A stretch of 64,000 nt of DNA from Pseudomonadota bacterium (GTDB lineage Bacteria; Bdellovibrionota_C; UBA2361; OMII01). Under the pieces are notes generated by a model. The model saw nothing but the letters and a program-made list of their open reading frames with translations, was not told the DNA's origin and did not search any database. The stretch spans positions 32,001-96,000 of the forward strand of contig JAYPVM010000007.1 in assembly GCA_038134595.1 (NCBI GenBank), given 5' to 3'. The translations under genes were made by a program, and so were the position numbers. Below, in pieces: positions 50,878 through 60,740 of this stretch (its first letter is position 1; each line of letters starts with the position of its first letter).

Positions 50878-51573
50878 ATGTACCGAATTTGGCAAAAAAA
50901 ACGCTGGTTGCCATTGGGCTACACAACAACCTTCGAGGGACAGTACAACATATCTTCAATCCAACTATCCGAGCTTATCGAGCGCTGCTCGGCAATCCTA
51001 AGTGAAGACATCCTACGTTCCAACACCCTCATCAACCTCAAGGGACAAGACCCAGGAGAACCCCCGTTACTAGAACAAGCCCATCCGCCGACAAGCAGTG
51101 ACATCCTGATCATTGCCGGAAATATCGCAACAAAAAAAAGCTCTAACAACTTTTTATGGGAGCCATTTCGAATATCGGCAACCTCTAAATTTGATAGATT
51201 CAAAGGTGCTCGCGATATTATCCACTCGCACGCACTCTCTCGCTCCAAGTCAGTACCATCCTGGCTACCCTGGAAGCTGATAGGCACCGCTGCGCCAATC
51301 CGGCCAAACTACCTCCGAATCGGGCTCGATCACTACACAAGCCCATTTACTCTCTTGCGACTAGGATTTATCCCGACAGTGACCTCTTCCCTGCGCTTAG
51401 AAGCAAACGAATCAACACTCAAGTGCAGACTCTCCGTTGAAAGTCGCTTCAAGCTTCGTAGAATCCCTTTAGCAACTATTCCAAGCTTTCACATGCTTAT
51501 CTCAGCAATAGATCAAATCAACACTGTCTCGATTATACCGGACACCGCAGCCCCGATCGGCTCTTCGGCATAA
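50878..51573 (+). CDS. hypothetical protein
   Basis: 231-aa ORF preceded by AAGGAGG; no family recognised. Confidence 0.5.
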   Translation: MYRIWQKKRWLPLGYTTTFEGQYNISSIQLSELIERCSAILSEDILRSNTLINLKGQDPGEPPLLEQAHPPTSSDILIIAGNIATKKSSNNFLWEPFRISATSKFDRFKGARDIIHSHALSRSKSVPSWLPWKLIGTAAPIRPNYLRIGLDHYTSPFTLLRLGFIPTVTSSLRLEANESTLKCRLSVESRFKLRRIPLATIPSFHMLISAIDQINTVSIIPDTAAPIGSSA

Positions 51574-51703
51574 TTATGTATCAAAACAGATAGAGCCCCC
51601 CGAATACATGCATGGTGTGCAATAAAGCGATTACCATCTCGAGTGGATACCATGTGTCACGCGATGGGCTCTAGAAACACCCTCTGTGCTTAACAATATT
51701 TAC

Positions 51704-51970
51704 TCACAGTACCGACTTCTGAAACAGAAATGGAATCTCCTCTTTTAGGAGGAGTTTCGTTATTAAGAATCCAGACAATACAAAAAACCCAGCCACACCT
51801 GCTCCGACTAAATGTCTTAGGCCAAAGTTGTAGGCATGCTCAAAAAAAAACAAGATTACAAAGAGCACTCGGAGTAGGTCGAAGTACGGCTGATTGGGAA
51901 ACCTTTCTCGAGAACCAATGCTTGGGGTTCCTTGCAAACTGCGCTGAGAGAGCCTTAGATCAGATAACAT
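51704..51970 (-). pseudogene. truncated acyltransferase-3 (OafA-like) fragment
   Basis: FDLLRVLFVILFFFEH...GVAGFFVLSGFLITKLLLKEE is the N-terminus of the family; it stops after 88 aa. Confidence 0.65.
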
Positions 51971-52147
51971 TACTTAAATACATACCTACAATCATACTTA
52001 CACCAAACACCACAATACTACGCACCAACCCCCGAAGCTTCCAAGGCATTAACAAAACTCCTTTACAAAAGACACGCCTTCGTCCCTATTTGACGGCCTT
52101 CCTAGCCCCCTTCTCTCTCGCTTCCAAATACGCTACACTATTTTGCA

Positions 52148-52864
52148 ATGAAACGTTTTTTCAACTCGCCCTCTTTTCGCCTCCGCGCTCATCAACTAGC
52201 AATTGCAATGGTGGTGGGTTCTGTCCTGCACGGGGTTCTCATACAGGCCGGATATAACACACTACTTTTCTATCCTTACAACACACTCTTTGGTTTGGAA
52301 TTGTGGCGACCTTTTTCATCGCTTCTTGTTGCGACCTCACCTCTCGAGGTCATATTCGGCGCGCTTATCATATACAGTATAGGTAGCACCCTTGAATACC
52401 AATGGGGAAGTCGTCGCTTTCTGTATATAGCCCTTGGCATTCCTGTTTCTGCATCGCTATTAACTCTTGTTTGCGCTCTTCTTCTACCCCGCACCTTTCT
52501 GGGGATCGGGTACGGTGGGGCGCGAGAGATTATTACAACACTGTGGATTACGTACGGACTTGTAGCTCACTTTTCACACCAGCAACTAAACTTTTGGGGC
52601 TCCCCGCTATCAGGCAAAGCATTTGCTTTAATTGGTGTCGCATTTGTAGCTCTTAACGCAGTATTCGCCGGCCCGCTCGTAGTTCTCCCCGAACTGTTTT
52701 GCATCGCTTTATGCTACTCATACATGTATCGACATCGCTCATACAATTTCAAAAATCAGGTACAGCTAAAATACTATTCTTGGAAACTAAAAAGATTAAA
52801 ATGTCGGTCGGGGCTCAAAGTCATAAAAGGACAGCGGGGCGATAACGATCGCCAAATCCACTAA
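52148..52864 (+). CDS. rhomboid-like membrane protein, probably catalytically inactive
   Basis: ELWRPFS, GSTLEYQWGSRRFL, about 6 TMs; GYGGA and PELFC where GxS and His are expected. Confidence 0.7.
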   Translation: MKRFFNSPSFRLRAHQLAIAMVVGSVLHGVLIQAGYNTLLFYPYNTLFGLELWRPFSSLLVATSPLEVIFGALIIYSIGSTLEYQWGSRRFLYIALGIPVSASLLTLVCALLLPRTFLGIGYGGAREIITTLWITYGLVAHFSHQQLNFWGSPLSGKAFALIGVAFVALNAVFAGPLVVLPELFCIALCYSYMYRHRSYNFKNQVQLKYYSWKLKRLKCRSGLKVIKGQRGDNDRQIH

Positions 52865-52902
52865 TTCTGTCAGTTTTATATGGGATCGATACTTAGCGAT
52901 TA

Positions 52903-53886
52903 TTAAAATAACCTGCCTAACACAAAGAATACGAACACTGCAGCCATCGACAGGCCAAGACAAACTATCAGTAGCGCAATAGGACCCTGCACATTTAGAC
53001 GAGGACGCAAATCAATGTGCCGTGCAGTTGGGAGCAATACTGAAAACAAGCCAAAACAAAAGAGCGCTCCTCCAATAAAGAGCAATCCATCATTTGTTTT
53101 CTGCACATTTTGCTCCTCAAGTGAAAATAGCTCATCAGCAGAATACAAACCCGCACGAATTTCGACCGAATTTGCGCTATTGGCTCCTACTAGATTACGC
53201 TCATCAACTTGACGCGCTAGAATCGTATACTCGCCTTGCGGCAGACCTTCATACCAAACGCGAACATCGCCAAGAGATGGGCTAGCGCGATCTACTTCTG
53301 TATCCCGCGGAATATAAAGTTTTCCATCCTCAATTCTTATGGTCGGGTTTTTCAGCATTTCGCTTGAAAGAGGAGCCGGCAACAACCTGCGAACCGATTG
53401 CAAAATCCTGGTTGCATCAAACAACCCAAACGTGGCGGCTCCCTCTGGAACATGCAGCGTCTCTGAAGAGTACGGCAGCAACGGATTTGCATGCCCCTGA
53501 GGCTTTTGAAACTGAAAGAAGTCGACCTGCTCCTCCCTCCACGCCAAGGTATACTTAGGTAACGGATCAATTGAGTTTCTCTCCTCCACCCACTGATACA
53601 TCTCCACGTGTCTTTTTAGGGTCAGATAATGGCTAGGCTTGAGAAACTCATCCTCAAGAAGACTAGCGGAATAAAGCCTCCCTGCGGCAACCACAAGAGC
53701 CCCATTGTAATCTACACTGGGAAGAAGTGGATCGATATCAACAGCCTCTCGTCGGAGCCTGTCTGTAGTAGATGTGTTTTCAAGCGTTCCCCGTGAGCTT
53801 CCCCACATCATCAAAAACCCACATAAGAGCGTTAATGCTCCGACAAAGCCCTGAGACTTAGATGACAATCGCTCCAGCTTACCCAC
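52903..53886 (-). CDS. TMEM43/LUMA-family protein
   Basis: N-terminal TM, LKRHVEMYQWVE, GHANP, PSLGDVRVWY, YTILARQ, C-terminal TMs. Confidence 0.8.
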   Translation of the reverse strand: MGKLERLSSKSQGFVGALTLLCGFLMMWGSSRGTLENTSTTDRLRREAVDIDPLLPSVDYNGALVVAAGRLYSASLLEDEFLKPSHYLTLKRHVEMYQWVEERNSIDPLPKYTLAWREEQVDFFQFQKPQGHANPLLPYSSETLHVPEGAATFGLFDATRILQSVRRLLPAPLSSEMLKNPTIRIEDGKLYIPRDTEVDRASPSLGDVRVWYEGLPQGEYTILARQVDERNLVGANSANSVEIRAGLYSADELFSLEEQNVQKTNDGLLFIGGALFCFGLFSVLLPTARHIDLRPRLNVQGPIALLIVCLGLSMAAVFVFFVLGRLF

Positions 53887-53902
53887 TACCCCTCCATATA
53901 GG

Positions 53903-54442
53903 TCATACTAACTGCTCAAGCCGAGCACGCATAAACAGCGCCATTGACTTAGCATCTTGCATCGTTCCATCTCTAGCAGCGGCTTCAAAAGCCTGAACCG
54001 TCAACCTTACTACTGTAATATCCTCATCTTCGTCGCACTCTGCAGGCTTCTCAAAAAGATCGCTAGCAACAAACAAGTGTTGAATTTCCGTGCAGAATCC
54101 AGGTGCAGGATACAATGTTCCTAACGGCTTTAACTGTCCGGCCCCTAACCCGATCTCCTCTTGAATCTCTCTTTGCGCGCAAACAAGAGGCTGCTCCCCC
54201 AATTCAAGGGTTCCCGCCGGAAGCTCCAAAACAACCCTACCTACAGAATGTCGATATTGAGAAACACATACTATGCGCCCGTGGTCGTCAATCGGTAGAA
54301 CAACAACAGCCCCTGGATGCTCAATTGTTTCATGAGCAAAGCGTCGTCCATCATTTGTCTCCACTATCTGCCTAACCCCCCGAAGCTTGCCAGAATACAG
54401 CTCCTCAGAAGAGACCACTCGATATAACTTTGCCTCGCTCAC
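53903..54442 (-). CDS. NUDIX hydrolase (ADP-ribose pyrophosphatase-like)
   Basis: HPGAVVVLP, QYRH, Nudix box ELPAGTLELGEQPLVCAQREIQEEIG, YPAPG; GTG start. Confidence 0.92.
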   Translation of the reverse strand: MSEAKLYRVVSSEELYSGKLRGVRQIVETNDGRRFAHETIEHPGAVVVLPIDDHGRIVCVSQYRHSVGRVVLELPAGTLELGEQPLVCAQREIQEEIGLGAGQLKPLGTLYPAPGFCTEIQHLFVASDLFEKPAECDEDEDITVVRLTVQAFEAAARDGTMQDAKSMALFMRARLEQLV

Positions 54443-54747
54443 AATCAATTCCCCCTTAGGACAGGAAAACCCATAAGGTAAGATGCTCTTACCCCTCAAA
54501 ACAACAACAAAGAACTCCCCTATATCTTAACATGTCCTTCTAAAACCCCGCTAATCAAACGGCTTTCTAGCGCATGGGGTTGTTCTTGCACCTCGCTTCC
54601 TCTAGTCTGCATCAAAACTACGGGGAGCGTAATCTCACTCAGAGTATATCCGCTCCCTGCGAGAGATTAACAACCAAACCTTACAGGTGTCGATTCTCTA
54701 CGAGCAGGACATCGGGTATAATCAGTGGGATTCTCAGTAAACTTGTC

Positions 54748-55620
54748 ATGCACATGTCGGCGTCTTCTCCCCCTACACACAAAACATCCACATTACCTCC
54801 TCGGTCGATAGACCAGTGGCTAGAGACTCAACAAGCCACACAAGCACTCGTCGATATCAGCGTTGTTGTTCCCGCTTATAACGAAGAGCGTCGCCTTCCC
54901 CCTACCCTCCTCGATCTCGTTGACTACTTTGACCAACAGCCACTGGCATACGAAATTATCGTAGTCGATGACGGAAGTAACGATAGTACAAGCCAAGTAG
55001 TTCGGAAATTCGAACGAGTGCGAGAGCAAGTAAAACTCATTCAACTCCCAAAAAACTACGGCAAAGGGCATGCCGTTAGGCTAGGCGCGCTTAACACTCA
55101 CGGCAAAGTAATTTTATTTGCTGACGCTGACGGTGCAACTCCCGTAGTAGAATTTGAAAAGCTCTATACTGCCATTCAAAATGGTGCAGAGATTGCCATC
55201 GGGTCGCGGGCGCTCTATAGCAATGACACAAGAGTCTCTACATCGTTTCACCGGAAAGTGTTCGGGCGAATCTTTAACACCTTCGTCAACTCACTCCTAC
55301 TTCCAGAGCTCAAAGACACGCAATGTGGATTCAAAATATTCTCCCGCTCGGCTGGACTATTTCTCTTCAAACAACAACGATCGGATAGATTTAGTTTTGA
55401 TGTTGAGCTGTTATACATAGCCCGAAAGGCTCACATCGCTATTAAAGAGATTCCCGTCAACTGGACAAATATCCCTGGTTCTAAGGTGAATCTACTCATA
55501 GATTCAATAAAAATGTTTCGAGATCTTTTTCGCTTTAAGGTCTGGCACCGCTCGGTTGTCTACGACGATTACTCACGCTTCAAAAGTGCGCTAGCTGGAA
55601 ACAGCTCCAAAAATACATAA
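54748..55620 (+). CDS. polyprenyl-phosphate glycosyltransferase (GT2, Alg5/DPM1-like)
   Basis: SVVVPAYNEERRLP, VDDGS, NYGKGHAV, FADADGAT, IGSR, DTQCGFK, FDVELL; start uncertain. Confidence 0.9.
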   Translation: MHMSASSPPTHKTSTLPPRSIDQWLETQQATQALVDISVVVPAYNEERRLPPTLLDLVDYFDQQPLAYEIIVVDDGSNDSTSQVVRKFERVREQVKLIQLPKNYGKGHAVRLGALNTHGKVILFADADGATPVVEFEKLYTAIQNGAEIAIGSRALYSNDTRVSTSFHRKVFGRIFNTFVNSLLLPELKDTQCGFKIFSRSAGLFLFKQQRSDRFSFDVELLYIARKAHIAIKEIPVNWTNIPGSKVNLLIDSIKMFRDLFRFKVWHRSVVYDDYSRFKSALAGNSSKNT

Positions 55621-55695
55621 AATACTCCCTCAGGGCCGCAAATAACTGACTCCGGCACCTGTACACTAAACTCGACCATATGCGATACTTGCTCC

Positions 55696-56562
55696 ATGCA
55701 AACGCTTATCGAAGGATACCAGCTCCTAGACTCTGGAGAAGGTCGAAAATTAGAACAATTTGGAGAGCGCATCATCGATCGCCCCTCATCACTGTGCTCG
55801 TGGAAGCGCCGAGAAGATACTAGCCTCTGGTCAACAGTAGACGCTCGTTACGACAACGAAAAAGGATGGAGCCACACCTCCCAAACTTCAAAAATCTGGC
55901 AGGCCTCCATACAAGGTACGACACTTGCGCTAGAGCTACTCTCAAATGGACAAGTTGGCCTCTTTCCTGAACATGCGATGTATCTTCCTGAAGTGGCACA
56001 AACAATAGCCAGACTACGGGGCGGCACCGACCGCACCATCCGCGTACTTAATCTGTTTGCGTACTCGGGCCTCGCGACCTCATTTTGCGCAAAACTCTCC
56101 CATGTTCACGTTACCCACGTTGACCTCTCCAAACGAGCCATCGAATGGGCCAAGCGCAACGCTGAGCTGAACTCGATTGCAGACGATAGCGTTCGCTGGA
56201 TTGTGGATGATGCTCTGGGATTCATGTCCCGCGAATCCCGTAAGTCGCAAGTCTACGACATCGTCATTATTGATCCCCCCTCATTCAGCAGGCTTTCGAA
56301 GAAAAACTCTTGGACACTCGATGAAAAGGCAGCAGAGATTGCCAACTTAGTTTTAAGCGTAGTTGACCACAGCAGATTTGCTATATATTTCACAAATCAC
56401 TCCTCTGCGAGCACATCAGATGTTATCCGTAACATCTCGCTCGATGCAATAGAATCACACAATCTACAATTTACCACCCGCTCACTTGCTCTCACCGAGA
56501 GCTCCTCTATGAGGAGACTACCGGCGGGAGCGCTAATCATGCTATCTATGGGCTTAACGTAA
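55696..56562 (+). CDS. class I SAM-dependent methyltransferase (RlmI/RlmK-like)
   Basis: YQLLDSGEGRKLEQFG, GLFPEH, VLNLFAYSG, HVDLS, IIDPPSF. Confidence 0.88.
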   Translation: MQTLIEGYQLLDSGEGRKLEQFGERIIDRPSSLCSWKRREDTSLWSTVDARYDNEKGWSHTSQTSKIWQASIQGTTLALELLSNGQVGLFPEHAMYLPEVAQTIARLRGGTDRTIRVLNLFAYSGLATSFCAKLSHVHVTHVDLSKRAIEWAKRNAELNSIADDSVRWIVDDALGFMSRESRKSQVYDIVIIDPPSFSRLSKKNSWTLDEKAAEIANLVLSVVDHSRFAIYFTNHSSASTSDVIRNISLDAIESHNLQFTTRSLALTESSSMRRLPAGALIMLSMGLT

Positions 56563-56582
56563 TTACAAAGAGAAGATACTCC

Positions 56583-57248
56583 ATGACCACCTCAGTTCCA
56601 TCGCTTCAATCAGAAAACTATGTCAATGAATCTCTCCTATGGAGATACGCAACCAAGCAATTTGATTCCACACAAAAGGTACGTAGCGAAGCACTGCAAA
56701 CTCTCATCAATTCTCTTCAGCTTTCTCCGTCCTCGTTTGGCCTGCAGCCGTGGAAATTTTTCGTTATTTCAGATTTACCCCTCCGCCAACAACTACGAGA
56801 ACACTCGTGGAATCAACCGCAGGTCGTTGACGCCTCGCACCTTTTTGTATTGGCATCTGCTCGAACCGTCACCCCGGAATGTATTGACGGGCACCTATCG
56901 AATGTCGCAGAAACAAGATCTATCCCCCTTGAGGATCTCCATCCGTATCGCGAGCGAATTATTCCATTTGTAAAAGCTCTCGTAGATAACGGAACTATTG
57001 AGGCCTGGTGCACACGACAAACATACCTCGCCCTAGGAATGCTCCTAGGAACAGCGGCACAGTTAAGAATCGATACATGTCCACTTGAGGGCATATCTCC
57101 TGCTGAATACGATAAGCTCCTCGAACTAGAAAACTCAAACTATACAACAAAAGTCGCCTGCGCCGTGGGTTACCGCTCAGAAACAGACGCAACTGCCTCT
57201 GCAAAAAAAGTAAGGTTTTCAAAAGACATCGTAGTCATTCGAAAATAG
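56583..57248 (+). CDS. nitroreductase family NAD(P)H-dependent oxidoreductase
   Basis: WRYATKQFD, SPSSFGLQPWKF, NQPQVVDASHL, IDTCPLEG, GYRS. Confidence 0.93.
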   Translation: MTTSVPSLQSENYVNESLLWRYATKQFDSTQKVRSEALQTLINSLQLSPSSFGLQPWKFFVISDLPLRQQLREHSWNQPQVVDASHLFVLASARTVTPECIDGHLSNVAETRSIPLEDLHPYRERIIPFVKALVDNGTIEAWCTRQTYLALGMLLGTAAQLRIDTCPLEGISPAEYDKLLELENSNYTTKVACAVGYRSETDATASAKKVRFSKDIVVIRK

Positions 57249-57281
57249 ATCCGTAAACAGACGAGTAAACTACAAACAGAT

Positions 57282-59270
57282 ATGAACCAAGGGAACAGCA
57301 CGTTTAGAAAATCTCTGCCCCACATTGTGTGTATGTTTATCGTGGTAGTGGCGGGATTTCTCACTTCGCTTCCAATGGCGACGTCCAACACTACATTTCT
57401 GTACCATGAAGACGATGCGCATCACTTCAACCGGACTGTTGAAATGGCGAAAAGAAAAAGCCTTGACCCAGCGTACTTCAACAAACCATCCCTTCACTTC
57501 TACCTTCGGATGCCGGCAGTGTATCTTGCAGTTCTCCTCTCTCGAGCAACAGACTCTCCCATTTCACTCAACGACATCCGGACTCGCGATCCCTATGGAC
57601 TCGCGGGATTTTCCTTCACACCCTCACACCCCTCTGTCGTACTAGCAGTCCGCTTAGTCACCCTCTCTCTCAACGCTGCCTTGGCATGCATTGCATATCT
57701 TATACTCATTACACTATTTCAGGCCCCTGTTCTTATAGGATTCGCGGGCGCTCTTATCACTCTCGCATCACCCGAACTTTTTACTAATTCATATATAATA
57801 GGTGTCGACACACTGATGGGATTCCTAACTATTGCAACGGTTTGGTACACACTGAAGATATCATCTAGATGGAAAACAAAAGGTGTCATTATTTCTGGAA
57901 TACTGGCTGGCCTTGCATGCGCATCAAAATACAACGCCGCTCCCGTGCTCACAGTACCAGCGCTCTATTGGTGGCTGAGAAGTCGATCTTTTAAGGGAGC
58001 TCTCCTCATAGCAGCTTCTACTTTCACAGGATTTTCCCTCGGAGCGCCGTACTCGTTTATCTCATACTCTGAATTTATTAGAGGTATTTCGTACGAAGCT
58101 TGGCATTATGGCATTGCAGGGCACGCTGAGCACACAACAGCTCGTGGACTACCTCATTTAATGAAAATAATAAAATGGCTTCTCTTAGACGGAATCGGGC
58201 CTATAGGCGTAATCTTTGCGCTATTTGGTATTACAGAAATCGTTAAAAGAGATAAGAAAGAGGCTCTTCTGTTTCTTGCCTATCCAGTAAGCTTTATCCT
58301 CCTCATGAGCCTACAAAAAGTCTTCTTTGCTAGAAACATGCTTTCTGTTGTTGCATTTTTTTCTATCATGGCAACGCTTGGCGTGTGGCACAGTAGAGAT
58401 TATATTAAACGAATCTTCACCTCACTTGGCATCTCCACGCAAGAAAGCGCTCGAATTTATGTTGTGCAATTTCTGCTTCTCGCAGCAATTGCAACACCTC
58501 TAACAATGCAGAGTAAAACATACCGTAGCGATGCGCTCTTCGTTGAAGATTCTCGCCCCAAAGTAGAGAATTGGATAGTTCACTCTCGACCTCTCAGCAG
58601 AGATGTTGCCATCGATGGCAGGCTTTTGCTGCCAATCAACCTATTCTCAATTCCCGGAGTGGATGCCTTTAACTCAGAGAGGTATTCCATCATTGATCTC
58701 ATCCAACAAGGGTACGAATATTTTATCGTACCAACAAGCGCCAGCAACTTAGACCCGCTTCGTACCGATATCGTTTCTAGCTTTCCTGGAAGCGCTGAAC
58801 CCTGGCGAATCCCGAAAGATCCTGCAATCTCAATTCTACACGCAAAACCAAAAGCCCATCTTGAAATTGCCGTGCCACCACGCTTGGAATTTAAACATCA
58901 AGATGGTGGGGCTGTGTCTGTGTGCGCAACAAAGCCAGATGAACCATACTGCTGGATCACGACAATTACTTCAGAGCTTTCATTCATAGACGCACCCTCT
59001 GACCATGTCTATCTCGAAGTTATGTCCCCATGGGTCAATCAAAAAATAACTATTCGGAGCGTCGATGGCACAACAGTAAGCTCCGTAAAATTACGCACTC
59101 CGGGCAACTGGGAGGTGCTACCGTTGCCACTCACACAAGATAAAGCTACGACCGTATTTCAAGTAATTCTTTCTCAGGTACACTCTCCCGAATCCCAGGG
59201 CTTAAGTAGCGACTCTAGACGATTAGGCGTAGCTGTTCGGCCAGTACCAAAGCCTGTTTTCGAGAAATAG
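57282..59270 (+). CDS. GT-C (ArnT/PMT-like) membrane glycosyltransferase
   Basis: HEDD acidic motif in the first loop, YFNKPSL, multi-TM core, GLACASKYNA, C-terminal soluble domain ending DSRRLGVAV. Confidence 0.8.
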   Translation: MNQGNSTFRKSLPHIVCMFIVVVAGFLTSLPMATSNTTFLYHEDDAHHFNRTVEMAKRKSLDPAYFNKPSLHFYLRMPAVYLAVLLSRATDSPISLNDIRTRDPYGLAGFSFTPSHPSVVLAVRLVTLSLNAALACIAYLILITLFQAPVLIGFAGALITLASPELFTNSYIIGVDTLMGFLTIATVWYTLKISSRWKTKGVIISGILAGLACASKYNAAPVLTVPALYWWLRSRSFKGALLIAASTFTGFSLGAPYSFISYSEFIRGISYEAWHYGIAGHAEHTTARGLPHLMKIIKWLLLDGIGPIGVIFALFGITEIVKRDKKEALLFLAYPVSFILLMSLQKVFFARNMLSVVAFFSIMATLGVWHSRDYIKRIFTSLGISTQESARIYVVQFLLLAAIATPLTMQSKTYRSDALFVEDSRPKVENWIVHSRPLSRDVAIDGRLLLPINLFSIPGVDAFNSERYSIIDLIQQGYEYFIVPTSASNLDPLRTDIVSSFPGSAEPWRIPKDPAISILHAKPKAHLEIAVPPRLEFKHQDGGAVSVCATKPDEPYCWITTITSELSFIDAPSDHVYLEVMSPWVNQKITIRSVDGTTVSSVKLRTPGNWEVLPLPLTQDKATTVFQVILSQVHSPESQGLSSDSRRLGVAVRPVPKPVFEK

Positions 59271-59545
59271 CCCTATTTTTGGCAGGCAACTCCTACACGC
59301 CATTAAAAAAATTCGATTCTTATCTACCTGTCCGTTAATAATTGTCTCTCACGACAAACAGAGAGCCATGCCGTATCTAGATCTAAAACGGCTCTTGGAA
59401 TCCCTTAATCTCGCCAATTTATACAGCTAATTCCTATAGCCAAAAGTGCGTGCCGAGCAATAGTAACGCCATACACTATTAGAAGGGCTTCTTGGGGCCG
59501 CTCCATGCTAGACTAAGGACGCTATTTTCATGTATCCTCCTATCC

Positions 59546-60517
59546 ATGATAGTAGTTACTGGAGCCGGTGGATTTATCGGCAGTGCATTTGTCGCCAAAC
59601 TCAATGAACAAGGTATTAGAGACATCGTTGTCGTTGACGAGCTTGACACCGAACGCTTTAGAAAAAATCTTGCCAACAAGTCGTACACAGCCTGCGTTGA
59701 CAAACAAGACTTCATCGCACAGATCCGATCGAACTCTGCGCCGACCGACATTACAGCAATCATTCATCTCGGAGCCTGTTCGAGCACAACAGAGCGAAAC
59801 GTTACGTTCTTAAACGAGAACAACCTTGAATACTCCAAGGATATTATCTCCTTCTGCATTCAGAGAGATATTCGATGTATCTATGCAAGTAGTGCCGCCA
59901 CGTACGGCGACGGTGAGCACGGATATTCAGACGATGAGTCATCCCTTGAGATTTTCAAGCCGCTTAATCTCTATGGAGATTCGAAACACCAATGTGACCT
60001 TTGGGCGAAAGAAACCGGCGCACTCGCTCGTGTTGCAGGACTAAAGTTCTTTAACGTATACGGCCCAAACGAGTATTATAAGGGAGATATGGCAAGCGTT
60101 GCCTGGAAGGCGTTTAATGCTATCTCAGAAACCGGTGAATTTAAACTTTTTCGCTCTCACCGCGAGGACTATGCTGATGGGGAACAAAAGCGAGACTTCG
60201 TTTACGTAAAAGATTGTTGCGAAGTTATGTGGTGGCTCCTACAGAATGCCGCAGTAAATGGCATATTTAATGTAGGTTCAGGAACGGCGAGATCGTGGAA
60301 CGACCTCCTCAATTCTGTTTTCTCGGCCATGAACAGAGAACCTTTGATAACCTACATCGATATGCCAGAGAACATTCGGAATCAGTACCAGTATTTTACA
60401 GAAGCCCCGATGCAAAAACTTCGCAAAGCTGGCTACTCGCGCCCCCTCTACTCATTAGAGGCTGGTGTAAAAGACTATATTCAAAACCATCTCGCGAAAG
60501 AAGATAGACACTGGTAG
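59546..60517 (+). CDS. hldD: ADP-L-glycero-D-manno-heptose 6-epimerase
   Basis: MIVVTGAGGFIGS, HLGACSSTTE, YASSAATYG, PLNLYGDSK, FFNVYGPNE..KGDMAS, YQYFTEA. Confidence 0.95.
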   Translation: MIVVTGAGGFIGSAFVAKLNEQGIRDIVVVDELDTERFRKNLANKSYTACVDKQDFIAQIRSNSAPTDITAIIHLGACSSTTERNVTFLNENNLEYSKDIISFCIQRDIRCIYASSAATYGDGEHGYSDDESSLEIFKPLNLYGDSKHQCDLWAKETGALARVAGLKFFNVYGPNEYYKGDMASVAWKAFNAISETGEFKLFRSHREDYADGEQKRDFVYVKDCCEVMWWLLQNAAVNGIFNVGSGTARSWNDLLNSVFSAMNREPLITYIDMPENIRNQYQYFTEAPMQKLRKAGYSRPLYSLEAGVKDYIQNHLAKEDRHW

Positions 60518-60740
60518 TGGCTAAGTGGTGGACACCCTCACCTCTAAGCATTTGCGCCTGATACTGCGGTCTGGCGCGGGTGGTTCAAAATCAAGGCACA
60601 AGAAAAAGTAGCGGCTGCCACACTCTAGTATGTCCCAAATTTGTATCAAGTTCCCTCTCCAATCCCCTCTCTAGCCTCAGCAAACAAACAAATGCATCTT
60701 TTTTACAGGCATAATCATCAACACTCATAAGGTGTGAATT

